Assembly: GCA_947624975.1 (NCBI GenBank)
Contig: CANQMP010000002.1
Location: 22,878 to 86,877, forward strand
DNA: 64,000 nucleotides
DNA from: Candidatus Gastranaerophilales bacterium
GTDB lineage: Bacteria; Cyanobacteriota; Vampirovibrionia; Gastranaerophilales; Gastranaerophilaceae
Reading direction: 5' to 3'
Shown here: in pieces, positions 19,492 through 29,937 of the stretch
How the letters are laid out: each line of letters opens with the position of its first letter
How positions within the stretch are numbered: the first letter of the stretch is position 1
Translations under genes and position numbers: made by a program
Notes under the pieces: model-generated
Told to the model about the DNA's origin: nothing
The model's database searches: none
What the model saw: the letters and a program-made list of their open reading frames with translations, nothing else

Positions 19492-20984
19492 TACTTCACC
19501 CACATTTCTTCTATTGCATGAACTTTTTCTGCATCTTTATTTGCAAAATAGTATTCATAAATACTTTTGCGGATTATATTTTTGAAAAATTCCCGCACAA
19601 GTTCTTTATCATTATATAAGGAATATAAATTTTGTGCAGTTTTTTCATATCCGGAAAGATGTTTTAAAACGCATGTATTCAATATTCTTTTTGTCCAAAC
19701 GTCGTATTCCTCCGCAAAAAATACTTTTTCAAGGTTTTCGTCAATAATTTTTTCGTAATCCTGTGCGGAAGTCTTGTTAAGAAGTTTTAAAAATTCGTCA
19801 AACTCGTCACTGTAATCACTGTCTAAAAACCAAAAATCAGTGAAATCGGACTTCAAAATTTCTTCAAATTCTTCATTAGAAAGCTTTTTGGCTTTGTAAT
19901 TTGTTTTTAATTCGGCAGGTTCGATGTCTGATAGAAGATTTCGCCAGCAAACGTATTCATAGGGCATCTTTGCTCCCGAAAGCTCGGCGTTTAGTAAAAT
20001 CGCTTTTAAATATTCGGGCTTTAAATCAACAGCCCTTTGTCCCCTGTAAAACCGTTCTATAATGGCATTACATTCAAATTGCGAAATTTCGTTAAACCCG
20101 AAACAGTCCCTTACCCCTTTGTAATCGTCAATTACAACCGCAACAAAACGAACTTTCCCAAACTCGTTTATTCTTGAAAAAATTACCGCCTGACATCCGT
20201 GCCCGTCTGGGTAGGTTATGCAGAATTTATGCGGTTTTGAGCTTTTTAAAAGGTTTTTGTAAAATTCATGGGCATTATCTTCACGAATACCCGAAAGTTT
20301 TAATGTTGAAATATTTTTTTTAATTAACGGTACAAGATTTTCATCCGCATAATTCAAATAATCGTTGAGTGCGTGGAAAGCAAGGTGTGATTTGGAATTC
20401 CCGAGTATATTTAGTGCGTGTTTACCGAGTTCGGTACCGGGTTCGGATAAAAACACGGGGATGAGCATATTTGCAAGCTCGTCGTTTGAATAATCATTTG
20501 CCAATGAGTCTAATAAAACGATTTTATCACTTTCGGGCAGCGAGTTTAAAAAATCCAAAAAATCTATTTGAACTTCGGGGTTAATAATTGCACTGCCGAG
20601 AATTTTTTCGGTATCAGAATTAAGAAATTCATCGGGATTTTCAAGATATTTGTCGCACTCATCGTAAGACCAATTTGTATCAATGTCACGCAGCAGGTCA
20701 AGTGAAAATATTTTTGCCTGATTTGAAGAAAGGTTGTTTTTTATAATTCCCCACAAATGTTCCAATAACTCATCTTTCGGGCAGTACCTTTTGAGCATAA
20801 ACTTTATAAGTTCGGGCGAGGAGCAGTTAATCTCTTTCAAAAGCAGCTTGACGATAATTTTTTTATCGCTTTGCAAATCAAGAGTTCTGAAATGAACTTC
20901 AAAATTATCAAAATTTTTCTCATCTTTGAGAGCATTGATAATTCTTGCGATTTCCGCTTTTATCTCAAAAGGATTAAGTTCCAT
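19491..20984 (-). CDS. Hypothetical protein, helical/HEAT-like
   Basis: 497-aa ORF in the gene run with coupled start/stop; no family recognised. Confidence 0.75.
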   Translation of the reverse strand: MELNPFEIKAEIARIINALKDEKNFDNFEVHFRTLDLQSDKKIIVKLLLKEINCSSPELIKFMLKRYCPKDELLEHLWGIIKNNLSSNQAKIFSLDLLRDIDTNWSYDECDKYLENPDEFLNSDTEKILGSAIINPEVQIDFLDFLNSLPESDKIVLLDSLANDYSNDELANMLIPVFLSEPGTELGKHALNILGNSKSHLAFHALNDYLNYADENLVPLIKKNISTLKLSGIREDNAHEFYKNLLKSSKPHKFCITYPDGHGCQAVIFSRINEFGKVRFVAVVIDDYKGVRDCFGFNEISQFECNAIIERFYRGQRAVDLKPEYLKAILLNAELSGAKMPYEYVCWRNLLSDIEPAELKTNYKAKKLSNEEFEEILKSDFTDFWFLDSDYSDEFDEFLKLLNKTSAQDYEKIIDENLEKVFFAEEYDVWTKRILNTCVLKHLSGYEKTAQNLYSLYNDKELVREFFKNIIRKSIYEYYFANKDAEKVHAIEEMWVK

Positions 20985-21232
20985 TATCTTGCTTTCCCCC
21001 AGAAGGCATCCAGAATTTGTTGAGCTTCTGCAGAAGGCATTCTGTCATTCAGAATAAGATATTGTACGGCAATCATTGCACATTCGGAACAAATATTTAC
21101 CCCCGGACCTTGAACCATTTTTAAAACTTGTGTGTTCGGACGTCCGCAAAAACTGCAATAAACAAGTTCCTGCTTTTCATCGCTTTTCTTTTCCCGTTTT
21201 GAACCTAATTTTACGACTTTGTCTTTTGACAT
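20984..21232 (-). CDS. Stand-alone ClpX C4-type zinc-binding domain protein
   Basis: [33 protein letters not shown]. Confidence 0.85.
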   Translation of the reverse strand: MSKDKVVKLGSKREKKSDEKQELVYCSFCGRPNTQVLKMVQGPGVNICSECAMIAVQYLILNDRMPSAEAQQILDAFWGKAR

Positions 21233-21331
21233 ATTTACCTCGCATTGTAACTTTTTTTTACCGAATTTGCCTTATATAATTTATTATCATATAATTGAAT
21301 TCAACGGTAATCTTATGAGGATAATTATAGC

Positions 21332-21895
21332 ATGAAAAAAGCTTTTTTACTAGCGAGTATATTATTAATTTCCGTATTAACCACGGCATGTATAAATAAC
21401 TTTGCCGTACAGGAACTTAACAATAAAGCAAAAGAGTTCATGGACAAAGGTGATTACGTATCTGCAATAGAACGCCTTAAATCAAGTGTTGATTTGGACG
21501 GAAGTATTTTTGAAACCCAATATAATCTTGCAGTCGCTTATACAAAGGCGGAAGATTACGCTAACGCCGTAAAAACTTATGGTGATGCGATAAAGCTTAA
21601 CCCTGATTTCGCGGACGCATATTATTCGTTGGCGGTTTGTGAAGAAAATCTTGCAAAAGATATTTTGTCGGGTAATGTAAAAGTTTTGGCTGACGGCTCT
21701 TATGAAAAAGTTGAAGAAACTTCGGATGATGAAGAAAATGTTCTTGATGATAACGCAAAATCCGCCCTGACAACACTTTTGGATAACTCAATTTCCGATT
21801 ACAAAATTTATATGGAAAAATCCTCCGATAATTCCGAAGAATTAAATGAAAAAATAAAAGAATTGGAAGAACTGTTGGAAAAGCATGCCGTTTAG
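21332..21895 (+). CDS. TPR-repeat lipoprotein
   Basis: Lipobox-like LTTAC; YNLAVAY, AIKLNPDFADAYYSLAV. Confidence 0.8.
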   Translation: MKKAFLLASILLISVLTTACINNFAVQELNNKAKEFMDKGDYVSAIERLKSSVDLDGSIFETQYNLAVAYTKAEDYANAVKTYGDAIKLNPDFADAYYSLAVCEENLAKDILSGNVKVLADGSYEKVEETSDDEENVLDDNAKSALTTLLDNSISDYKIYMEKSSDNSEELNEKIKELEELLEKHAV

Positions 21896-22661
21896 TCCGC
21901 CATCAGATGTAGCATTTAGTATTTTGGGTATGCCGGTTTATTATTACGGTATTATCCTTGCTACGGCAATATCTACGGGGATTTATTGCGCTTATTGCTT
22001 TTATAAAAAGTTTTATGATCCGATAAAGGCTGATAACATTATCGAATTTTCACCATATCTTATAATTTTTGGGATAATCGGGGCAAGACTGTATTACTGT
22101 GCGGTGAATTTTTCTTATTACTTTGCACATCCGTCGCAAATTTTAAACATAAGACAGGGCGGACTGTCTGTTCACGGAATGATTATTGTCGGAATTTTGT
22201 TTTTGTATTTGGCTTCACGGAAATACAAGATGCCGTTTTTGGCTTTATCTGATGTTTTCACCTGTTCAACAGCACTCGCTCAAAGTATCGGCAGATGGGG
22301 AAATTTCTTTAATTCGGAAGCTTTCGGAACTCCGACAGACCTGCCGTGGAAACTCTTTGTTCCCGTTTCGCAAAGACCCGTTCAATATTTGAATTATGAA
22401 TACTTTCATCCGACTTTTTTGTATGAAAGCATTTTGGATTTGATGGTTTTTGTAATTCTTTTTTGCATCATGAAAAAACACCCCGAAAAAACAGGTGTTA
22501 CGACGGCATTTTATTTAATTTTGTATGCGACTGTAAGGTTTTTTGTGGAAAGTATAAGAATTGACAGCGTATTAAATATTTCGGGAATTCCTATTGCACA
22601 AATTGTATCCGTTGTCATGCTAATTTTTGGGGGAATCCTTTTGTGGTATCGTCGGGCTTGA
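21885..22661 (+). CDS. lgt: Prolipoprotein diacylglyceryl transferase
   Basis: GARLYY, GGLSVHG, QSIGRWGNFFN.EAFG, HPTFLYES. Confidence 0.96.
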   Translation: MPFSPPSDVAFSILGMPVYYYGIILATAISTGIYCAYCFYKKFYDPIKADNIIEFSPYLIIFGIIGARLYYCAVNFSYYFAHPSQILNIRQGGLSVHGMIIVGILFLYLASRKYKMPFLALSDVFTCSTALAQSIGRWGNFFNSEAFGTPTDLPWKLFVPVSQRPVQYLNYEYFHPTFLYESILDLMVFVILFCIMKKHPEKTGVTTAFYLILYATVRFFVESIRIDSVLNISGIPIAQIVSVVMLIFGGILLWYRRA

Positions 22662-22706
22662 CCGAATGACTTGTTCGGAATATTATAGAGTTTGTGGGAG
22701 ATTTAT

Positions 22707-24080
22707 ATGGAGAGAAATGAATTGTTAAAAAAATTTAGTACGGTGCAGTTTTTGAATTTTGCACTAGGTTTTTTCGGACTTCAGTTTGCATGGCAGATGA
22801 GGATAATACTGTCAGGTCCCGTTACGGAAGGTTTGGGGGCATCACCGTTTATTTACGGTTTAATCTGGTTGGCAGGTCCTTTTACTGGCATGGTTGTTCA
22901 GCCTTTGGTCGGTGCTTTGAGTGATAAAACGGTATCACCGTTTGGCAGACGCCGTCCTTATTTGCTCGGCGGTGCATTGTTGGCATCTCTTGCATTGTGG
23001 ATTTTCCCGAATTCGGCTAATGTTGCGGATTTCTTACATAATATTACGGGATTAAATCTTCCTCCTCTTACGGCACTTGTAATTGCCGCAATAATGATAT
23101 GGATTATTGATGCTTGTGTCAATGTAGCTCAAGGACCTTACAGGGCTTTAGTTCCCGATGTAGTTCCCGAAGAACAATACTCTTTGGCTAATTCTTATAT
23201 AAGTCTTGCAATAGGATTAGGTTCTGTTGTGGCTGCGGGTACAGCACCGTTTTTGAAATGGGCTTTCGGATATCAGATGTCTATTCCAGCTCAATTCATC
23301 ATGGCGGCTATTGCGTTTACGCTTGCGATGCTCTGGACTTGTATAAAGATTAAAGAGCCTGAGTGCGTAAAAGTAAAAACTCAGGAAAATGTAAAATCGG
23401 AAAGTTTTATAAAATCCGTACAAGGCTTTTTTGCACTTTCTCCCGAGGTCGGAAAAATTTGTACAATGCAATTTTTCACATGGATAGGGACAATGTGTAT
23501 GATGATATTTTTTACTCAATATGCAATTCATACGATATTTGCCGTTCCTGATTTAACCACAGCCGATGAAACGGTCAAAACGTTATTTTCTCAGGCTGTT
23601 TTGGACGGTACGAATTTTTCGTCCGTATGCTTTGCGATTTTTAATCTTGTATGTTTTCTCGTTGCAATTCCTATAGGAATTTTGTCGGCTAAATATTCAA
23701 ACAAAAAAGTTCATATTGTGTCGCTATTCACGATGATAATTGCGTATTTGGGATTATTTTTAACAAGAGATACAAAAATTGCGGCATTAATGATGGGATT
23801 AGCGGGCATTGGCTGGGCAAGTATTTGTGCTTTGCCTTTTGCAATGCTTTCACAGTTTATAAAAAAAGGAACGGAAGGCTCGGTAATGGGTATATTTAAC
23901 ATCTTTATCGCAGGCCCGCAGGTTTTTGTTTGTACGCTTGTTGCGTGGTATATTTCCAAATGTGCCTTCTCAATAGGTGCGGGATTTGTGAATTACCATT
24001 GGGAATACACATTCATAATCGGTGCTATCTGTCTTTTAATCGCATCGGTTATCGCAAATAAGGTCGAAGAAAAAATCTAG
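22707..24080 (+). CDS. MFS sugar transporter (sucrose/maltose, SLC45/GPH-like)
   Basis: IWLAGPFTGMVVQPLVGALSD, GRRRPY, QGPYRALVPD, QFFTWIG, MGIFNIFI..PQ. Confidence 0.88.
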   Translation: MERNELLKKFSTVQFLNFALGFFGLQFAWQMRIILSGPVTEGLGASPFIYGLIWLAGPFTGMVVQPLVGALSDKTVSPFGRRRPYLLGGALLASLALWIFPNSANVADFLHNITGLNLPPLTALVIAAIMIWIIDACVNVAQGPYRALVPDVVPEEQYSLANSYISLAIGLGSVVAAGTAPFLKWAFGYQMSIPAQFIMAAIAFTLAMLWTCIKIKEPECVKVKTQENVKSESFIKSVQGFFALSPEVGKICTMQFFTWIGTMCMMIFFTQYAIHTIFAVPDLTTADETVKTLFSQAVLDGTNFSSVCFAIFNLVCFLVAIPIGILSAKYSNKKVHIVSLFTMIIAYLGLFLTRDTKIAALMMGLAGIGWASICALPFAMLSQFIKKGTEGSVMGIFNIFIAGPQVFVCTLVAWYISKCAFSIGAGFVNYHWEYTFIIGAICLLIASVIANKVEEKI

Positions 24081-24934
24081 TTTTTACACCTTGCAAGCCA
24101 AACATCACTTTGAACATTTTCGATGGTGCGTTTGCTTACAGACCCGCTCAAAAACCTGTCAAGCTGTGACTTGTTGCGTGAACCCATTACGATTAAATCA
24201 ATTTTTCTGCTGTTTGCAAAATCTATGATTTTTTGTGCCGGAATTCCGCTCATAATGGAAGTTTCTACTATGTTTGCATTGTAACATGCGAAAATTTCTT
24301 TTATTTCATCAACAGCTTTTGAGGCAAAAATTTGCTGGCGTCTTTCAATATCAAGAAGCCAATTTGTATCAACCATGCCGTCAAGAAAGAGAAAATCAGG
24401 TTCTTCATTCACCATACATATATAAATTTCTTTGTTTTCAAGATTAATTGAGGGAAGAATTTCCTTAATAATTCCCGATGAACAGTTTGTTCCGTCGGTT
24501 GTGACGAGCATTCGTTCACAGTTGTTTTGAACTTTTGAAATGTAATCGGAAATCTTACTGCTGTGAATAATTTCTCCGGAAACCGAACCGAGCCACTTTT
24601 GTAAACCTTTTTTGCCGTGCGAACCCATTAGAATTAAGTCGTAATCCTTTTTCTGAGCCTGTTCAAGAATGCTTTCAACGGCATTTCCGCAGTAGCGAAT
24701 TTTTTCGTTACAGGTTAAATTAAGTCTGTTGATTTCCTCTTGTGCGTAATTCAGTATGCTCTGTGCGATATCGGGACATGATGCAGAAAACTCTGCCACG
24801 GTTATTTCCGACGGTAAAAATGTTAAATCCGCAACGCAAATTACGTCAATAACCGCCTCCCTTACCCAGCATGAAATGTTCTTTAACGCATTAAAGCTTA
24901 TTTGCGAACCGTCGGTACAAAATAATATTTTCAT
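24077..24934 (-). CDS. Tandem universal stress protein
   Basis: Two USP domains: TDGS...DLILMGSHG...LGSVS and TDGT...DLIVMGSR...GSVS. Confidence 0.88.
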   Translation of the reverse strand: MKILFCTDGSQISFNALKNISCWVREAVIDVICVADLTFLPSEITVAEFSASCPDIAQSILNYAQEEINRLNLTCNEKIRYCGNAVESILEQAQKKDYDLILMGSHGKKGLQKWLGSVSGEIIHSSKISDYISKVQNNCERMLVTTDGTNCSSGIIKEILPSINLENKEIYICMVNEEPDFLFLDGMVDTNWLLDIERRQQIFASKAVDEIKEIFACYNANIVETSIMSGIPAQKIIDFANSRKIDLIVMGSRNKSQLDRFLSGSVSKRTIENVQSDVWLARCKN

Positions 24935-25043
24935 AAAAATTTTTCTCCCTATCGCATATATAAGATATGTTAAGCAAAATTACATTGTCTGGTAATCTAT
25001 ATTTTTTTCTGATATCATAAAGGGGAGGGATATTGTTGAAGTC

Positions 25044-25640
25044 ATGGCGTCGAAACAAAAAATAAATTTGAATGATTATAAAAGTTTAATTGAAACTATC
25101 GCCAAAGTGGAATATCAGAAGTATTCTTCTTCCCATATAGCCGATTTGTCGGAGTTGATAAATATCGGAACGCACACGCTCTATATTCTTTTCAAAAATC
25201 ATTCCCCCGAAGAATACAACAATACATATCTTTCAACCGCTATAAAGTGGGCTATCAGAAACGAAATCCGAAGAAGATATAAATGGTATTCGCTAAAAAA
25301 CAGAAAAGACGAACCCGAAGAAAATCTCAGGGAAGAAGTTTATAAAACAATTCTGTCGATAGACGAACTTCAGGAAGCGGAAGTCCCTGCTCAAATAAAA
25401 TCCGAGGACAGAACGCCTGAAGAAAGCATTGAATTAATTGAGTTGAAAGATGAAATTGTAGAATGTATAAAAAAACTTCCGCCGAGAGAAAGAGAATTAA
25501 TTGAGGCAAAATTCTTTCACGATAAAAAACTTAGAGAAATTGCCGAAGAATTCAACATTTCTCAGTCAAGAATTTCAAGAATTATTCAAACGGGTTTGGA
25601 TAAGGTTAAACGGGATTTGAAAAGGCAGGGGATAATTTAA
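25044..25640 (+). CDS. Sigma-70 family RNA polymerase sigma factor, FliA/WhiG-like
   Basis: Region 2 (LINIG...[16 protein letters not shown]) and region 4 ([27 protein letters not shown]). Confidence 0.8.
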   Translation: MASKQKINLNDYKSLIETIAKVEYQKYSSSHIADLSELINIGTHTLYILFKNHSPEEYNNTYLSTAIKWAIRNEIRRRYKWYSLKNRKDEPEENLREEVYKTILSIDELQEAEVPAQIKSEDRTPEESIELIELKDEIVECIKKLPPRERELIEAKFFHDKKLREIAEEFNISQSRISRIIQTGLDKVKRDLKRQGII

Positions 25641-27067
25641 TGAAAACAATTTTTGAAAAGAAAAGCGGTGCAAGCGGAATAAGACTCACGGATGAAAAGC
25701 CTGATTTGAGTTTTATTGATAAAAGTTTTTTGAGAACTTCGCCTTTGGGACTGCCTGAGGTTAGCGAACTTGAAGCCATGAGGCATTATAAAGAGCTTTC
25801 CGATAAAAATTTCTGCATAGAAAAAGGTTTTTATCCGCTCGGTTCTTGCACAATGAAATATAACCCGAAAGTCAATGAACTTCTTGCTGGATTAGAGGGA
25901 TTTACCTCACTTCATCCGCTCAGTGACGATAGCGACTGTCAGGGTGCATTGGAGTTGATGTATAAGCTTCAGGAGTCGCTAAAAACCGTTACGGGTATGG
26001 ATGCGGTTACTTTACAGCCCGCTGCGGGTGCTCACGGTGAGTTGACGGGCATGATGATTATAAAAAAATACTTTGAGTCAAAAGGCGATAATCGTACAAA
26101 AGTCATAATTCCCGATTCCGCTCACGGTACAAACCCTGCAAGTGCAAGTTTGTGCGGGTTTGAGATAGTTCATGTTAAATCAAATTCCAAAGGTCAGGTT
26201 GATATTGATGAACTTAAAACTCTTATAAATTCCGATGTTGCGGCAATTATGATGACAAACCCCAATACACTCGGAATTTTTGAAGAAAATGTTCTTGAAA
26301 TTTCAAAGTTGATGCACGATAACGGTTCACTGCTTTACTATGACGGTGCAAATTTCAATGCAATTATGGGTTATACAAACCCGAAACTTATGGGATTTGA
26401 CGTTGTTCATATAAATCTTCACAAGACTTTTTCAACACCTCATGGCGGCGGCGGCCCGGGAGCGGGGCCTGTCTGTGTTGTTGAAAAACTGAAAGACTTT
26501 TTGCCAGCTCCTGTTGTGGATTTTGACGGACAAAAATATTTCAGAAATTACGATATAAAAAACTCAATAGGAAGCGTGAAAGGTTTTTACGGTAACTTTG
26601 GGGTGCTTGTGAGGGCGTATGCTTACATCCTTATGATGGGCAAAAACCTTAAAGAGGCGAGTGAAAACGCAGTTTTAAACGCAAATTACCTGAAAGAAAA
26701 ACTGAAATCAGCCTACCTTTTACCTTATGATGAGCCTTGTATGCACGAATTTGTTCTTTCGGGAGAAAAACAGAAGGAAGAAAGCGGAGTTTCAACATTA
26801 AATATCGCAAAAGCTTTGATGGATGAAAACACTCATCCGCCGACGGTTTATTTCCCACTAATCGTTCATGAAGCGATAATGATTGAGCCGACCGAATCTG
26901 AAACCAAAGAGGTTTTGGATGACTTTGTCGATGTGATGTTAAAGATAGCGGATGAAGCCCGAACAAATCCCGAAAAAATCAAGTCCGCTCCGCACACAAC
27001 CCCTGTTAAAAAACTCGATGAAACCCTTGCGGCACGCCATCCAAACCTTAAACAGAATTATGAATAA
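25640..27067 (+). CDS. gcvPB: Glycine dehydrogenase (decarboxylating) subunit 2
   Basis: [51 protein letters not shown]. Confidence 0.95.
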   Translation: MKTIFEKKSGASGIRLTDEKPDLSFIDKSFLRTSPLGLPEVSELEAMRHYKELSDKNFCIEKGFYPLGSCTMKYNPKVNELLAGLEGFTSLHPLSDDSDCQGALELMYKLQESLKTVTGMDAVTLQPAAGAHGELTGMMIIKKYFESKGDNRTKVIIPDSAHGTNPASASLCGFEIVHVKSNSKGQVDIDELKTLINSDVAAIMMTNPNTLGIFEENVLEISKLMHDNGSLLYYDGANFNAIMGYTNPKLMGFDVVHINLHKTFSTPHGGGGPGAGPVCVVEKLKDFLPAPVVDFDGQKYFRNYDIKNSIGSVKGFYGNFGVLVRAYAYILMMGKNLKEASENAVLNANYLKEKLKSAYLLPYDEPCMHEFVLSGEKQKEESGVSTLNIAKALMDENTHPPTVYFPLIVHEAIMIEPTESETKEVLDDFVDVMLKIADEARTNPEKIKSAPHTTPVKKLDETLAARHPNLKQNYE

Positions 27068-28184
27068 AGAAACAAAAAAATTAAAAGTAGCATTTCCCCA
27101 CATGGGAACGGTAAGTATAGCATGGGCTTCGGCTTTAAAAAAAATCGGAGCCGAACCTTTTGTTCCGCCTTACACAAGCAAAAAAACCTTGTCGCTCGGA
27201 ACAAAACATTCGCCTGAAGCAATTTGTCTGCCTTACAAATTGATTTTGGGAAATTTTATCGAGGCTATTGAAGGCGGAACGGATTACGTTGCAATGATTT
27301 CTTCTCCGGGGTGCTGCCGTTTGGGTGAGTACGGAAACTGTATCTATAACGCACTTAAAGATATGGGGTATGATGCAAAGTATATTGAGTTAACGCTTTA
27401 TGACGGATTAAAAGGCATGTACAATTTTCTCAAAGAAATCAGCGGTAAAAATAATCCCGTTTTGTTCGCAAGAGCAATAAATATAGCCATAAGAAAAATG
27501 TTTGTTCTGGACGATTTGGAAAATGCTCTTTCGTATTACAGAGCAAGAGAAGTAAAGTTTGGCGATGCGGAAAAACATTTCAATAAAGCTTTGAAATACA
27601 TTAAAGATGCCGACAACACAAGAAGTTTAAAAAAGGCTAAAAAGCTTGCGTTCGACGAAATGAAACTTACCAAAATCGACACGAAAAGAGAAGTTTTATA
27701 TGTTGATTTAACGGGGGAAATTTATCTTGTTTGTGATGAATTTTCCAACCAGAATATTGCCCGTGAGCTTGGCAAAATGGGTGTTCAGACACGCAGAAGT
27801 CTTACGATAAGCAGTTTTATAAAGGATGCGATTATCCCGAAAGTGTTCCGCAAAGGAGAAACACACCTTCAAAGAGCTTACAGGCTCGCTAAACCTTATC
27901 TGATGAGAGATATCGGCGGAGATTCTCTTGAGTGCGTATCTGATGTGGCTTACGCTGATGAACGTGGAATTGACGGTATTATCCATATAAGCCCGTTTAC
28001 ATGCATGCCTGAGATTATGTCGCAGAATATTTTCCCTGCAATGAGAGAAAATTGCGATATTCCGATTTTACCGCTTATTATGGATGAGCAAACGGGAAAA
28101 GCGGGTTATCTCACCAGATTGGAAGCCTTTACGGATTTGATGAGAAGAAGAAAGCGAAAAAGATTAAGTAAATCAGTTGATTAA
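27060..28184 (+). CDS. 2-hydroxyacyl-CoA dehydratase subunit-like (DUF2229-type) protein
   Basis: [50 protein letters not shown]; ATG at 27060. Confidence 0.75.
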   Translation: MNKETKKLKVAFPHMGTVSIAWASALKKIGAEPFVPPYTSKKTLSLGTKHSPEAICLPYKLILGNFIEAIEGGTDYVAMISSPGCCRLGEYGNCIYNALKDMGYDAKYIELTLYDGLKGMYNFLKEISGKNNPVLFARAINIAIRKMFVLDDLENALSYYRAREVKFGDAEKHFNKALKYIKDADNTRSLKKAKKLAFDEMKLTKIDTKREVLYVDLTGEIYLVCDEFSNQNIARELGKMGVQTRRSLTISSFIKDAIIPKVFRKGETHLQRAYRLAKPYLMRDIGGDSLECVSDVAYADERGIDGIIHISPFTCMPEIMSQNIFPAMRENCDIPILPLIMDEQTGKAGYLTRLEAFTDLMRRRKRKRLSKSVD

Positions 28185-28214
28185 ATTTTTTAAAAAATGA
28201 GGATAAAATTTATT

Positions 28215-29036
28215 ATGCTTGAATTATTTAGAGATGCGTTTAAAATTACTAACAGAAACATCGTTTTAGCTATACCGCTTGTAATTTTCGTTCAAATTTT
28301 TGAACTTTATTCTCTATATTCAAGACGGCATGTTGATTCTACCGCCAAACTCGTTCTTGCATCGGTAACAATATTATTTATGTTCGGCGTATTTTGTGCG
28401 GGTTGGTTTTATATGGTAAAAAAAGCCGTCGAGCTTTCAAAAAGAACGTTTGAGGCAGGCAGATTACATGTTTCATCAGAACTTTTCAAGGCTATTCCCG
28501 ACGGTATCGGAAAGTATTTTCTTTCTTTTGCGGGAGTTTACGTTTTGTTTTTTGTAATGCAAATAATATTAACTCCTCTTGTTTTTTTGCTTGGTGTAAG
28601 ATTAATCGGACCTATAGATGAAGCATCACTTCAAAGTTTGCATGCTGTTGCGGGAAATACCGCTGCCGTTGCATCTTTTGCCGACAGCTTAACCCCCGAA
28701 CAGATTATCTTCTTTGGAAAATGGAGTTTGCTTTTTATGCTTGCAACGACCGTAATAATGTATGTTTTGATGTTATGGATTCCCGAAATAATTTATAAAA
28801 CGCCCGATGCGTTTACGGCTTTGGGCAAGTCGGTTGTAAAGGTTTTTAAAAACTTCTCTCAAACGGCGGGAATTTTTATTCTGTTGTGGTTAACGGGATT
28901 TGTACTATTGTTTTTAAACACTTTTGCCGTCGGATATCCGTTGTTGTATTTTCTGATGGCTGTTGTGATGTTTTATTTTACTGTTTATTTTGTTGTGTTA
29001 ATATTTTTATATTATGACAAAAAGTATTATGAATAG
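28215..29036 (+). CDS. Hypothetical integral membrane protein
   Basis: Several hydrophobic helices; long ORF in operon. Confidence 0.75.
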   Translation: MLELFRDAFKITNRNIVLAIPLVIFVQIFELYSLYSRRHVDSTAKLVLASVTILFMFGVFCAGWFYMVKKAVELSKRTFEAGRLHVSSELFKAIPDGIGKYFLSFAGVYVLFFVMQIILTPLVFLLGVRLIGPIDEASLQSLHAVAGNTAAVASFADSLTPEQIIFFGKWSLLFMLATTVIMYVLMLWIPEIIYKTPDAFTALGKSVVKVFKNFSQTAGIFILLWLTGFVLLFLNTFAVGYPLLYFLMAVVMFYFTVYFVVLIFLYYDKKYYE

Positions 29037-29892
29037 AGTAATAGCTGTTGCAGGTGCGACGGCAAGCGGAAAAAGTGCTTATGCGGTTGAACTTGCAAAA
29101 AAAATTGACGGTGAAATAGTTTCCGCCGATTCTCGTCTTGTGTATAAGGGAATGGATATCGGCACTGCAAAGCCGACCAAAATTGAGCAGGGGGAAATTC
29201 CGCATTATATGATAGATGTTGTCGAACCTGATTTCAACTATTCTGCGGGTGTTTATGCAAAAGAGGCGAAAAAATGTGTTGATGATATACTTTCTCGAGG
29301 GAAAGTCCCTATAGTTACGGGCGGAACGGGGCTTTACTATAAAGTTTTACTTGAAAACTACGATTTACCAAAAATTGAGCCGGATAAAAAATTGCGGGAA
29401 GAACTTTCAAAGCTTCCGTTTGAAAAGTTGTACGATATACTTGAAAAAATCGACAAAGAGGCGGTCAAATCCCTTGAACTTAACGACAAGAAAAAAGTGA
29501 TAAGGTATATAGAAATTGTCAAGTCAACTGGAAAACCTTTGAATGAGTCAAGAGGGTTAAGGGAAAATGCTTACGAAGTCGAATGGATAGGGTTAAATTT
29601 TCCGAGAGATGTGCTTTACGAGAGGATTAACAAACGTGTGGATTTAATGCTCGAGCAAGGTTTGGTTGATGAAACAAAAAATTTGCTGAAACGTTACGGA
29701 AGAATAAGCAACATCGTTGATACGATAGGTTATCGAGAGATTATACAGGCACTTGACGGTTTGATTTCGTTTGACGAGGCTGTGGAAAAATTAAAGCAGA
29801 ATACCAGACATTACGCAAAACGCCAGCTCACGTGGTTTAGACGCTATCCGCAGATTAAGTGGGATTATTATCCTGAAAAATTAAAAAAATAA
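29029..29892 (+). CDS. miaA: tRNA dimethylallyltransferase
   Basis: GATASGKS, SADSRLVYKGMDIGTAKP, GGTGLY, TRHYAKRQLTWFR. Confidence 0.97.
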   Translation: MNRVIAVAGATASGKSAYAVELAKKIDGEIVSADSRLVYKGMDIGTAKPTKIEQGEIPHYMIDVVEPDFNYSAGVYAKEAKKCVDDILSRGKVPIVTGGTGLYYKVLLENYDLPKIEPDKKLREELSKLPFEKLYDILEKIDKEAVKSLELNDKKKVIRYIEIVKSTGKPLNESRGLRENAYEVEWIGLNFPRDVLYERINKRVDLMLEQGLVDETKNLLKRYGRISNIVDTIGYREIIQALDGLISFDEAVEKLKQNTRHYAKRQLTWFRRYPQIKWDYYPEKLKK

Positions 29893-29937
29893 TTGTGTTT
29901 TAAATAGTATGTGGTATGATGTATTTGGAGGGATATT

